A DNA stretch of 64,000 nucleotides from Eledone cirrhosa (lineage: Eukaryota): NCBI GenBank assembly GCA_964016885.1, contig OZ024749.1, positions 12,276,001 through 12,340,000 of the forward strand. Reading direction: 5' to 3'. The first letter of the stretch is position 1; every line of letters begins with the position of its first letter. The position numbers and the translations under genes were made by a program. The notes beneath the pieces were generated by a model. It did no database searches and was not told the DNA's origin. It saw nothing but the letters and a program-made list of their open reading frames with translations. Below are positions 12,601 through 24,977 of the stretch, one piece after another.

Positions 12601-13159
12601 ATGCTCGATGGATGGAAGGTGGACCGTTTCTTCAGAGCGGCGCACAGGCCGAGCCAGAATGGAATTGTGGAGCGACACCACCGGACGATCAAGGCAATGG
12701 CGGAGCGGGGCCATATCTCACCAATGGAGGCAGTGTTCTGGTACAATATGTCCCCTCGGGTTGGACAGGTCGAGGAATTGGTGCCACATAGAGCAGTATT
12801 CAAATACGAGTGGCGGCACCCGTGCACGCCACCACAACGGCCAGTGGGGAGAGAGAGTGCAGGTGGGCGAAGAAGTCTGGGTTAAGCCCCCAGATGCACG
12901 TTGCACATCTCAATGGGGAAGGGGAACGGTGACGGCCGTAAATTCAAAGAACAATGTGTCCGTGGACGGGGTACCACGTCATGTCCTGGATGTAAGAAGA
13001 ATCACTGTGTCGACGGACTCCGAGGAAGAGGAAACCCAAGATGAGGTGGAAACCCAGAGCTCTGCCCCAATACTACGAAGATCGCAACGAAGTCGTAGAC
13101 CACCGACCTGGACGGCAGACTTTCATATGCAGAGGGACGAGGGGGAAATTGATTCTTGA
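9635..13159 (+). pseudogene. gag-pol polyprotein of the LTR element (disrupted)
   Basis: CCHC knuckles, protease ALVDTG, RT YIDDI, RNase H WCDASS/HINVAEL/TDS, integrase HHCC and D-D-E (AVDVT, MDNS, IVER). In-frame stops at 9683 and 11921, frameshifts near 12000 and 12850. Confidence 0.92.
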
Positions 13160-13167
13160 GATCAGCG

Positions 13168-13359
13168 GTGGCGTGCGGTGGCCGGAGGGAGTGCTCGACC
13201 GGAAGGATGCTCGACCGGAAGGGCCAGCAGAGGGCCTCTCTCTAGTGGTGACCAGCACACGGTGTGGACGCGAGTTTTGGGCAGCTCCCGGTGTTAAGCA
13301 GTCGGACGCACGTGGAAGAGGAGTACCTGCAGTAAGTGAGATAGCTTTTTCTAACTACA
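13168..13359 (+). repeat. 3' LTR (5' edge and PPT apparently deleted)
   Basis: Matches the 5' LTR from gtggcgtgcg onward and ends ctaactaca. Confidence 0.88.
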
Positions 13360-13364
13360 TGTTC

Positions 13365-15830
13365 TTTTGGTTTTATAATTTCACAAATAGAGAGAGTTGG
13401 TTTCTAACAGATACAAGACTCTCATTGGAATTTACACAACATCAACTAGGTAGATATGTATGCATGTGTGTGCAGGTATGGATGTTATTGTATGTGTGAA
13501 TGTATGTTTTGAGTTGTATGTGTGCATGTGCATACACATTGAATCTGTGCAAGTGTATATGCAGTTATTAGATGCAAACTTTTTGGAATGTTTTACATAT
13601 TTTCACTGGTCCATTAATGGATTGTACTTGTAATTTCCTAACTAGTTGTGTTCTTTCTGTTTCTGTAAAGCCCAGTTTCTCAAGATTTGTATTGAGGCAG
13701 TTACTAACATATCCCAGTGCCCCAATAATCACAGGCATAAATCTGAAGGTATAGTCAGGGTGGAGTATCTGTAGATTTCTCATTAGTTCTGTATAAATAT
13801 TCTCCTTTTCACTAATCTTTGATATTATATTGGCATCTGCTGGGCAGCTAACTTCCACTACTGTGCATGCCTTCTTTTCCCTGTCCCATATCATTATATC
13901 TGGTCTGTCATACCTGCATTTTATTGGGGTTTTTACTGGAACATTCCACCAGTACTCTTTCATATTATGTATATGTATGTCTTCCACATTACTGTAGCTT
14001 TTAATGTGTTTATTATCGGGGCTATCTTTTCTACGGATTGCATTGTACAGTGTTTTGGCCACTACATCATGCCTTATAGGTAGATAGTATCGCGATGACA
14101 TCTTTGGACAATTGCTTATGACATGGGTGACATCTTCAATGTTAATTCTGCAGAGTCTGCACTTGTCACATCTAGGTGTTTTGCCTGCATCACTATCTCT
14201 TTTGTGAATCTGGTATTTCGTGTTGACTTCCTGTTCTTGGATTGCAAAAGCATATCCTTCAAAGTGGGAGCCAATATAGTGGTTGTTGGTCCAAGATAGA
14301 TTACTTTGATTATCTATATTACTCTCACTCTGGAGCTTCCTGGCAACATATCCATGCATGATTTTTTGCTGATAAGCATGCAGTTTTTCATCCATGGATT
14401 CACTGCGATACTGCTGAGCAACTTCCCTGGGTGTGGGTTTTTGATTATCACACAGGGAATATCTCTCGAGGAGTTCCTTTCCAACTCTCATGATCTTATC
14501 TGTTTCATATAGATAGACTTGCTCGATAGACGGGCTCCTACGCTTCGAGGTTCGTAAATGTTGTCGGAGGGATATGATGCGACATTCAAATGCTGTTTGG
14601 ACTGATGTTAGGCCTCTGCCTCCCTGCTTATGTTTCAAGTAAAGGCGGTCTATGTCACTGTTGATGTGGAAGTTTCCGGTGTTGTTTAGTATTTTTCGAG
14701 TTCTAACATCAACTGCTCAGATTTCGTCTATCGTCCAATTGAGTATTCCAAACGTTGGTGTTAGGACAGGCACAGCAAACATTGTGAGCGGAGTTCCGAT
14801 GACCATATTTTTCTTAATCGGGTGTGATACTCCTTATTACAGATACCATTATAGGATATGTTCTCATCTATCCCCAGGTATCTGTAGCAGTCCTCATCAG
14901 ATATCGGTGAAACAGTTAAGCCATTGATGACAATGTTGCTAGATTGGGTTGTTGTTTTTCCCCACTTTACAGTCATGTATGAGCATTTATCTTGGCCAAA
15001 CTCCATTCCTATATCCTTTGAGAATGTTGTAACCAGGTCAAGATTTTTCTTCATCCCATCTATGTTCTTGGCATAAAGTTTCAGATCATCCACAAAGAAA
15101 TTATGGGTTAGGTTCGTATTTCTGTCCTCCTGTGAGCAAATGATGTATCCTTCACATTTCTTGAGCAGAAAGGACAAGTGGTTTAATGATAGAATAAATA
15201 GTATCACAGAGAGACTGTCTCCTTGAAATATACCCCTGTGATATTCTATTTTATCAGTGAAAATAGAGTCCTCCTTCTCTGTCATTAACTTTCGGATAGT
15301 AGTCCAAGAAGAAGACAGCTTCTCTATGGCTCTGATAATAAATTCTAGGATTTTAACAAGTCGGAGGGCCTCTATCATCCAAGAATGGGGAACAGAATCG
15401 CGAGCTTTCCTGTAGTCCAGCCAGACTGTAGCCATATTCCTCCTAAGTTGTTGCACCTCCGACATCGCAGTTTTGTTGATTAGGAGTTGTTCAGCACAAC
15501 CCAACCCCTTTCTTTCCTTGTTCATCTGTGATGATGTTATTATTTTCACAGTGATCTTGGAGGAATAGGTTCAGGCAGGCTGTATACATCTTATACATCA
15601 GGTTCTGGCTTGCAATGGGTCGGTAGTTTTTTGCCAAGTGGGTGTCTTTGTTCTTGGGACCAGTATTGTTTGTGCTAATGTCAACCATTCTGGTATAAGT
15701 GTATCTCCCTTGAGAACATGTTGGTAGAAGTCAGTAAGATACCTCTGATAGAATATCAGCTTTTTGTACCAGCAGCTGACAATCATGTCTCTTCCTGGTG
15801 TTTTCTTATCTTGAATTTTTCCTAAACATA
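13365..15830 (-). mobile_element. R4/Dong-clade non-LTR retrotransposon, 5'-truncated and frameshifted
   Basis: RT motifs GIFQGDSLS, FFVDDLKLY and DIGMEFGQDKC. CCHC CRLC..HVISNC, RHD, and restriction-like endonuclease RPDIMIWD..VEVSCP..K..Y. Confidence 0.9.
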
Positions 15831-16059
15831 AGTAAACCTACTGCGTGTGTATGTGAATGTGTCTATCCTTTATTTAGTCAAATTGCATAGCTGTTATTAG
15901 ATGTGAGAGCATAGTAAACAAACTGGTTTTCGCGAAGAGAAATTTCACAGTGTTAGCAGAACTTTCTTCTCTTGTCTGTGTTATCACCATATCTGCTGGT
16001 GTAGTCTGTGGCCAAGAAGGTGAGAGCCATTAACACACATATATATGTCTCTATTATAT

Positions 16060-17900
16060 ATGTCTTCTAAATTGGTGACCCCGATGTGATAATTTAGAAG
16101 AAGTTAATAGAGAGATGTATATGTGTGTTAATGTTTGCATTAGTATTGTGTATCACGGAAGTCACCATTGCAGTTTATAACATAAGATGATGGTGTATTA
16201 TGTTATTAGTATAGCAGCATGTATTATTCAACATTTTAGTAGTATACATCATAAGACTTTATAACGTTTTATATACAATTTATTTACAAACCGATTACAA
16301 AGGTTTAGCTGGCATGCCAAAAGAAATGAATAAACAAAGACGCGGTCCAGTGGCTGAAGTGAGAAGCCAGGCCACGGTAAAGTTTGGTAGCTACATTTTG
16401 GAATGTTTGTTGAGCAAAAACAAATAGGTGTTACCTTAATGGGGTCTGGATGCAAAGAGAAAGAGTTTTTCGAAAGAAGCGGGAATTTCTCCATTTGGGC
16501 GGAAGTTGAGATACATTTCCCTACGCTGGTAGCGATTGGCAGAACTGAGCCAAACCACCTTCTAAATTGGTGATCCCATCATGGGAACATTTTCGAACTA
16601 AATGTTCCCCTAAAAAAAAAAAAAATAAGTAGTATTTTTAAAAAGAGAACACACAATCTTTCTTGTATCAACACCGTGTAAAAATTTTCTTGTTGATAAC
16701 ATGACAATTCTTTTAAAAAAAAAAAAAAAAAAGGAAATTAGCTGTATTTTAAAAAATTACAGCGCAAGGAAAAAAATGTTTTTCAACATGGCTACCATCA
16801 ACATCAACAAAACTTTCAGCAGCGACAGCAGCAGCACATTGGTTAACCACTAACCATAAACATGGGAAAAACAATGTGGCAGCTTTATAGCCTTACCAAC
16901 GCAAACCACCACAACCTTCTATCTACTACAATTGGTGTTACATTCTATCTGCTACAATTGGTGTTACATTCTATCTGCTACAATTGGTGTTACATTCTAT
17001 CTGCTACAATTGGTGACCGACACTATCTACTACAACTGGTGACCATCAATTATCTACTACAATGGTGACTCGAGAATCGAAACAACAACAGCCTTCTCAC
17101 TACAAATGGTGATCCGAGTTAAAACAACAACAGCCTTCTCACCACATAATGGTGAATTTGATGCTTGCAAATCTTCATTGCTTTACAAAACTTCACGATT
17201 CATTGATGTTTCTAACGTCTGACATGATACTAGCTCACTGCACTATGGTGTCAGACGTGACGTGCATATTGGTGACTCCAAGCTAAGCATAAATTTCACT
17301 TCAACGCTCGACTTCGATTCTACTGAAGATTTACTGTGACTTTGCTTCGATGCTCTTCAAAATAGTGCCAAACACATCACTACGAAAACACGCGGGGAAT
17401 CGCTATGTCAATTTGTTCAACAGCAACAACAACAACTCTACTAGCTTCCCAGTAAGAACGATAACATTCTTATCCCAAAGAAATTTCAAAGAAAAGAAAA
17501 ATTGAATTTTTTGTTAAAAAAACAATTATTTCTTCTTTTTTTTTACAGGCTATGTCTGAACATTTATTTCTTTTAAACTGTATTATATGAACATTCCTTT
17601 TTTTCTATCATTGTATTATATGACTGCATGCACACATTTTCTTTTGCTGTATTACATGCCTGCATACTCACACACATTTCTTTGTCACACACCACCATGA
17701 TGTTGGCTATGGTGCACAACACGAGAATTGCTAATTTCAGCTGGATTCACTCACCTTCACATCTCATCGTCCTATAGCATAAAAACCTCAATCTTGTCAC
17801 TTTACCCGACTCACTGGGAAAGCATTCATGGAACTGGACCTGTCACCAGTTCCCACCGTTTCTCCGACGGACTCGCCAGAACTACTACCCACCTACAGAT
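16060..17900. mobile_element. Scrambled Gypsy remnants with tRNA-Trp PBS copies
   Basis: TGGTGACCCCGATGTGAT at 16073-16090 matches the canonical tRNA-Trp PBS at 17/18. Integrase zinc-domain-like LHPDPIKVT..WPG on the minus strand at about 16330-16480. Confidence 0.5.
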
Positions 17901-18267
17901 TCAACTTGCTTTCTTTTCAAAGCAACTTTTGCATTAGCTTAATAATGAGAAAGTTAGTTATATTAATAATTTTTGCCAAATTCTTCATTATTTTCAAAAT
18001 GATTTGAATCCCAGGTAGTGTTTTTTTAAAGAAATATGTTAACAATATGAAACAAAATGTAACATTTTTTAATGTAAAAAGTTCATTTATTTGTAAATAT
18101 ATTTTATTTGACAAGGTTCATATCAATATTTATTTAATACAGTTTTTCTATAAGTATAGACATGCAATTTTATCTATTTATTAGAAAAAATACCATTATG
18201 ATTTCAATAGCAGTCAATAAAAAAAACAAACATTATTTAAAAAATACAGTTGTGTTTATAGTGAATG

Positions 18268-19285
18268 TAGATGTTTTAATAATGGTTTCTTATATAGGCA
18301 CAAGGCCAGCAATTTTGGGGGAGGAGAAAGTCGATTAAATCGACCTCAGTGAGTGACTGGTACTTTGTTTTATCGATCCCGTAAGGATGAAAGGCAAAGT
18401 TAACCTCGGCGGGATTGAACTCAGATCATAAAGGGCCGTAACTCTATGTGGCAAAGCATGGTGTCCGACCCTCTACCAATACTGCCAATCCACGGCCCTT
18501 AGATGTTTTAATAATGATTTTCGGGGAGGGGAAAGTCGATTAAATCTACCCCAGTACTAGACTGGTACTTTATTTTATCAACCTCGTAAGGATGAAAGGC
18601 AAAGTTGACTTCAGTGAGATTTGAATTCAGAATATAAAAGGTTGTAGCTAAATGCTACAAAGCATGTTGTCCGATGCTCTACCGATATTGCTAATCCATT
18701 GCCCTTAGATGTTTTAACCCTTTAATGTTCAAACCGGCCAGAATTCTCTAATCTCTTTCTGTTGAAATTGGCTGTAACCGGTTGCTCAAACTGATGTTAA
18801 GGTATTTTTCTCACATTAAATACTTTCAAAATCTCTTAGATTCGATATTATGTGAGATAATTATGCGAGGTAAAGTCTTTACCATGAAAATATAATAGTA
18901 TATATAGAGTAATGTAAATGTTATGTGAGGTAAAGCCTTTACCATGAAAATATAATAGTATATATAGAGTAATGTAAATGCTAAGGAGTTAATAATGGTT
19001 TGATTTAGGCTCAAGGCCAACAATTTTTGGAGATGGGCAATTATTTAGAATATATTTGACTTTCTCCTATAAGAAGGAGAAAATATAGTTGTGTTTATAG
19101 TGAATGTAGATGTAGATGCAATTTTGGTGCTTTATCTTAATGACCCCATAAGGATGAAAGACAAAGTTAACCTTGGCGGGATTTGAACTCATACTGTAAA
19201 GGGGCGTAACTCTATGCTGCACAGCATGGTGTCCGGCACTCTACCAATTACTGCTTATCCACTACCCTTAGATGTTTTAATAATG
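18268..19285 (-). mobile_element. Tandem cluster of SINE family B copies downstream of the PPT1 stop
   Basis: Three to four SINE B units, bounded by tagatgttttaataatg at about 18268, 18500, 18706 and 19270. Confidence 0.8.
18714..18992. mobile_element. TTAA-target MITE, 2 internal 60-bp units
   Basis: Reverse-orientation copy. It splits the repeated motif tagatgttTTAAtaatg at its TTAA, which demonstrates the TTAA TSD. Confidence 0.88.
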
Positions 19286-19376
19286 AAATGTATTTTAGAA
19301 ACATTTAAGATATACTTTCTATAGGCAGAGGAATAAAATAACTATGTGTATAGTGATTATGTTTTGATGATAAAGT

Positions 19377-19502
19377 TTATTTCAGAAAAGTTTGAATAAT
19401 TGTTTTATTGAACCAAGACAAACTGAATTGCAGATGATTTGAAGGAAAACTTAATAAATGAAGTCGTCCAGTTTCATTGAGTGTCTTCAGGCCAAGTCGA
19501 TC
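19377..19502 (-). CDS. PPT1: PPT1 terminal coding exon, catalytic His and stop
   Basis: atttcag|GATCGA...AAA TAA. Translates DRLGLKTLNETGRLHLLSFPSNHLQFSLSWFNKTIIQTFLK*. Confidence 0.95.
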   Translation of the reverse strand, partial: DRLGLKTLNETGRLHLLSFPSNHLQFSLSWFNKTIIQTFLK

Positions 19503-19881
19503 CTGAAATATTCAATTGATATAAAATTTTAATTAAAAACTTCAAACATTTTATTTAAGAAAATTTTGTTAAGTAATGTTTCAAAAATCAGCTTACACTA
19601 ACGAAAGGGTTAATTATCTCTTTAAATTTTTCAAATTTTCTAAATTAATTGATACACATAGTCAGTTGTATTTCATTAGAAATATGGTCAGAAAAGTGTT
19701 AACACGGATTCTCAAGCAGGAGGCGCTTAGCTCTTGGGGAAGGAATCTAGACTGTATGTATGTATTTAGAACTAGGAAGCTATGACTGACTAAGGGGGGG
19801 TATCTACTTCTATTTACATTTAAGAAACAAAAACAAGATAAAAAAAAGTGAAGCACACACACACATATATATATACATACA

Positions 19882-20224
19882 TATGGTGGCTGCCAACTCG
19901 TTTTCGAGTACGGTCACTACTTTATATCTATGTAGGAGAACCCCTACCGATGCGCTGAACGAGTGTGACTTTTTAGTCCAGCCAGCGACTTGAAAACTCT
20001 GGTACAAACACTACACTTGTGACAATTATTGACACATAGTGCTGGGCCCATGGTACCATGTGACGACAAGTGCAGAGAGATCTCCAGATATAAAGCAATG
20101 CCTGTGCCGTGAAGCTTTTATAGTGAGCAAAGGCACTGCACAAAGCCAGTCCCACTCTCTTAACCAAGATGATATTTACCAAAAAGAAGAACAAGTCAAC
20201 ATCATTGGATACCGTCAGGGTTGC
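19882..20224 (-). mobile_element. 5'-truncated copy of the 5377-5979 element
   Basis: Near-identical reverse complement of about 5643-5982. Confidence 0.85.
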
Positions 20225-20261
20225 ATACATATATATATAGGTAAAATATATACATACATAT

Positions 20262-20292
<31 letters not shown>

Positions 20293-20499
20293 GGTAAAAA
20301 ATAAAAGTGAAAAAGCACAGGGGGTATATTTGTATATTCAAAGATTATTTTTTCTTTAATCTGACAGAATAAATATTTTTATAATCGTTAGATTAAATGA
20401 ATTTAAGTTTTGTTAAATTTAAATTTATTGTTGATCACTATACATTGGTTAAACATACAGAAAGAGAAGAGTATTGGAAAGGACTATAAATGCCATAAA

Positions 20500-20690
20500 T
20501 GATAGGAAGAGCAAGGGGAGAGGGTGACAGACTCTACACCTGGGTCAGAGTGGTGTTTTGGTTGTACTTCATGGACAGAATGGCAAAAGCATTTCTGCAG
20601 ACAATGGCCAGCGACACCTGCTGCCACCCCACCTCACAGAGCTCCTTCGTCTGACAAGCTGCTATTGATCCGATTTTATGGAGGTTAGCT
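20500..20690 (-). mobile_element. CRE-clade LINE 3' fragment
   Basis: Homologous to 37040-37220 (tggccagcgacacctgctgccacccc). Confidence 0.6.
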
Positions 20691-21096
20691 GTCTAAAATA
20701 GGGTGCTCTTTCAAAAGTTAACTATTTTCCTATTAGGGTATATTTTTATTCTAAGTCCTAAATGTTTAAAGAAGTATCTAATCCCCCTCTTCAATATCTC
20801 TACCATACTAGTGCTGTGGTCAGAGACAGTGAAGAGGACATCATCGCGGTATAAACCACCACCAAAGTTGGGGATTTCCTGCTCGTGTGGCCGGCCAACT
20901 CCAACTCATTACTGAATAGGGAGGTGGTATGAGGATGAAGAAAGCTGGAAGTCTCCACCACTGTAGGTTTGACAAGCCTGTTCACTCCTGCCGGTGGCAA
21001 ACTTGACTTTGATGTATTCTACAGATGGAAAATATTTCAGGGGAGATGACTTTTGACATTTTGAATTCATTTTTATTTCAACATCTCACATGAGCT

Positions 21097-21275
21097 TCTA
21101 TGTGCTACCACATGTATGTCTCTATGTGCTACCACATGTATGTCTCTATGTGCTACCACATGTATGTCTGTATGTGCTACCACATGTATGTCTGTAATGT
21201 GCTACCACATGTATGTCTCTATGTGCTACCACATGTATGTCTATGTGCTACCACATGTATGTCTCTATGTGCTAC
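21097..21275. repeat. 24-bp minisatellite, about 7 copies
   Basis: Unit tatgtgctaccacatgtatgtctc. Confidence 0.9.
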
Positions 21276-21410
21276 ATGATGAAAAACCAGCCCTGTTGTA
21301 TGGTGAAATACTGTACAATTGGAGCTAAGTTACACTAAGTGAAGCGGGCTACTACCAAGCACCAAATCCAAAAAGATTTGGGTGGCATATGCAATAACAA
21401 AACATGAATG

Positions 21411-21752
21411 TGCATGGCTTAGTGGTTAGAGCATTGGCCTTGCAATCGAAAGGTTGTGAGTTCAATTCTCAGACCGGGTGATGTGTTGTTTCCTTGAGCA
21501 AGACACTTTATTTCACATTGCTCCAGTTTACTCAGCTGTAGAAATGAGATGATAGGGACTGGGGTCCCTATCATTCCACTGCAGAGTGATCATGGAGGTC
21601 CCACGGCAAAAAAAAAAGGCACCCAGCACTCACAGTAAATGAGGTTGATGTTAGGAAGGGCATCCAGCTGTAGAAATCAAGCCAGAATCAGTTCCCGTCC
21701 CACCCTTGCAAGCAGGAAAAAGCGGACGTAAAATAATGATGATGATGATGAT
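21411..21752 (+). mobile_element. SINE family A copy (PPT1 intron 8)
   Basis: Near-identical to 38292-38633, with a (gat)n tail. Confidence 0.9.
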
Positions 21753-23492
21753 TTCCCAAATCAAAAGATTTGTGTCAGTAGATGTCTTGTTCCCCTCATT
21801 CCCCAAGACCAAATCCAATTTCCTCGCACCACTTAGGAGTGACAAAACCATTCTATTGCTGTACAAACAGAACATGAACACTCTTTGCTCACTTATTTCT
21901 GGGAGGGCCATTGGGGCAGAGTCCTGAAACACTCCTTCCATCAGGTCCTGTCAGAAGTAACCATCTCCAACTGATTCAGCTGGATCCCCAAGTGAGACCA
22001 GCCAAGTTCATGCATATTAATCCAACCATCTTGTTCCTACCTGTTAATTTTGTCTGTAAAATCTGTCCAGCGATTTATTTCCTGAGACATTCACATGTCC
22101 ATAGTATCGGAGCTGTGATCTCTCAATTCGGAGAAGTGGTGGCGCTACCTCGAGTAACCCTCATCTCCGAGCTACACACTCTATCTAGTAATGTGGTATG
22201 GACGCACAAAGTTTGTGTATACTGAAACCCCAAAGAGGGTCCAGCACTTAATTGGCAGCTGGAACATTACAACCCTTACAGGTAAGGAATAGTAACTAGT
22301 AGAGGCCAGATGTTACTAGCTACATATAGTTGTGGTTTCCTCAACAAAATTCCCTGGCTCTGTAGATTCGGATGGAGGATAGAAACTACACTATTCAAGT
22401 GTGGTGCCAGAAATGACAGCACAGATGGGAGTGGGGGTACTCACAAGCCCCCGACTGTCAGAATGTGTTACTGATGGAGGGAGGATTTGCCTCTTCAAGC
22501 TTAGGCTAAAAGAAAGGTCTCTATAGGTGGTGCAAGTTTAGGCGCCAAACAGAGCGTCTGAATACAGACCCTTCCTTGATGAAGTCATTGTGGTGTTAGA
22601 TATAGTTAAGACTGAGTCATATTTCCTAATAGGAAACATCAATGAACATGGCACTGACCACCTGAACTGTAAACACAAAAAAATGCATCACACAAACTTT
22701 TAAATGAGCAAAACATGGTGGTGGGTTGTGAGGGAAAGAGAAGCAGTGTCCAGCACAGTATTTAGGGATTCTGAAACTGGAAGGGAATACAGTATCCTCA
22801 AGCCAAAGACCTTCCCCAAATGTTTTTAACATGACTGACTCCATTAAAAGTACCCATGTGGTGGTGCTAAACGAAGCACTAAAATGGACTACACTAGGAT
22901 TTGAACTCAGAACAAATACTGTAAGGCATCTAATTCTACCAAATTAACACCTTGGATTGTTACTTTATTTTATCTACCTTGAAAGGTTGAAAGGATGAAA
23001 AGTAAATCTGACCATGGCGAGATTTGAACTCAACATAGAATACTGAGACAAATAGTGTTATGCTGTTATGTCTTACACTCTAATGATTTAGCCAATTTGC
23101 TGTCTAAATATGAGTAGCAAAAGTTAATGGTTTATTATGTTGTCCACACAGCTTGTAAAAGAAGGGCATGGTTGAACCAAAACCCTAATAAGGTTTTAAG
23201 TGAAATAGTCTCGGTCTGACCAATACTTTATGAGGGAAACTGTGAGGATGTCTGTTCTATCATCTTCTCCTCCTCTCAATTGACATCTCTCAACATCGAT
23301 CACTCAAACTTCTCTCTCTCTCTTTTTTTCTACAAACCCACAGACTCCCACTTTGACCACCAGGTGGCTCAAGGGCTTGACATACAATCCTGCGGTTTGC
23401 CAAGTGAATTTTATTGTGGCATCAGCACCAAGGAAGTGACCATGTCTTTAGCACAGTTGACAATATGGTTTATGAAAATATAATCAACTTAC

Positions 23493-23564
23493 CTCTTTGT
23501 ATAATGGACTTTCCTTCAATGTGTAAATTTCTTTTCCTTGGCCAGGCTTGTAGAACCCAAACCA
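23493..23564 (-). CDS. PPT1: PPT1 exon 8 (72 nt)
   Basis: tttatag|TGGTTT...AAAGAG|gtaagt. Translates WFGFYKPGQGKEIYTLKESPLYKE. Confidence 0.95.
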
Positions 23565-23747
23565 CTATAAATATATATATAAATATAAAAACATTAGTAA
23601 AATTCCAAATTACTAACACTTTTGATACAACCTCTCTCATTCTATGATATAAAACTGTTTATTTTAAAGTGTTTATATTTATCTAAATGCCTTCTATCAT
23701 AATTTTATGTAAGAAAATTATGATAGAAGTAACATGTAGGCAATTCA

Positions 23748-24700
23748 TTTAAGAGGAGCTAGAGAATAAATTCTGGCTATGGAAACAACAGTTAGAATCA
23801 AGAGGACTGAGAATGAACCTAGTTAAGACTAAAGTGTTGATAAGTAGAAAAGAGGACAAAACTCTTATTCCATCAGGGAAATGACCATGTTCAATATATA
23901 GAAAAGGAGTTGGCACAAATTCTATAGAATGTACATAATGCAGATCTTGGGTACACAAGAGATGTAGTGGGATAGCAGGCAAACTAACAAGAAGGGAACA
24001 CTTCATATGCAGTAGATGTTCAGGGAAATTTGATAATAAAAGTGTCAGTGATAGACACATTTTTCAAATGCAGGTAGGATCTATAGAAGTGGTTGATAGC
24101 GTCTGATACCTAGGTGATCAGATTAGCAAGGGTGGAGGGTGCTCTAATACCATAGTATCTAGAATAAGGACGGGTTGGAAAAAGTTTAGGGAGCTGCTTC
24201 CTCTGTTGACAAAGAAGGGTTTCTCCCTACGAACGAAAGGCCAGTTATATGATGCCGATGCGCGATGCTACATGGTAGTGAGATATGGGCAGCAACTGCA
24301 GAGGATATGCGATGGCTGGAGAGAAATGAAGCAAGCATGCTCTGATAGATGTGCAATGTCAATGTGTGTGAACGACCAAGTATAGATGAGTTGAGACAGA
24401 AGCTGTATATAAGAGGGATAAACTGTAGTGTGTGAGAGAGAAGACTATGTTGGTATAGACATGCAATGCACATGGAGGATGACTGCTGGGTAAAGAAGTG
24501 CCAAGAAATCTCAGTGGAAGGAAGATGCAGAAGAGGAAGACCATGAAAATCATGGGTGGAGGTGGTGAAAGCTGACCTCAGATTGCTGAAGCTCACAGAG
24601 GAGATGACGAAGGACCGTGACGAATGGAGAGATGCTGTACTGAATAGGATCCGTCCCACCCATGCAAGCAAGGAAAAACGGATGTAAAATGATAATGATG
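23748..24700 (+). mobile_element. RTE LINE 3' fragment (PHD-like finger in ORF2)
   Basis: Nearly identical to 33385-34295. Ends ccgtcccacccatgcaagc...(gat)n. Confidence 0.9.
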
Positions 24701-24977
24701 ATATATATCATGTCCATGGGAAAGGCAAAGGCATCAATGATGTCACAACTTATTTCTATAATTGAGTGAACTGGAGCAACATGAAATAAAGTGTCTTGCT
24801 CAAGGACACAATGCACCGCATGGTCTAAAAGTTTATATAGCATTAAATGTCCAAAATGTGTGCAAGGACACCATTAATGTTTCTTTAATCAGTTAGCTAA
24901 TTATGACCCAGCCTGTATATTGTGTAAACATACTTCTTTAACAATCTTAAAACAGCAAAGAATCTGAGCAAATTTGC

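Larger units (their letters stand above)
9337..13359 (+). mobile_element. LTR retrotransposon (Gypsy-order PR-RT-RH-IN), young but inactivated
   Basis: TG...CA ends, 5-bp TSD tgttc (9332-9336 and 13360-13364), two LTRs, and a GC/CpG-rich interior. Confidence 0.95.

Noticed and set aside
21780-22860. Possible L1/Tx1-like ORF1 remnant (FKCGARN knuckle-like motif near 22395)
   Set aside because: Too degenerate to support from sequence alone.
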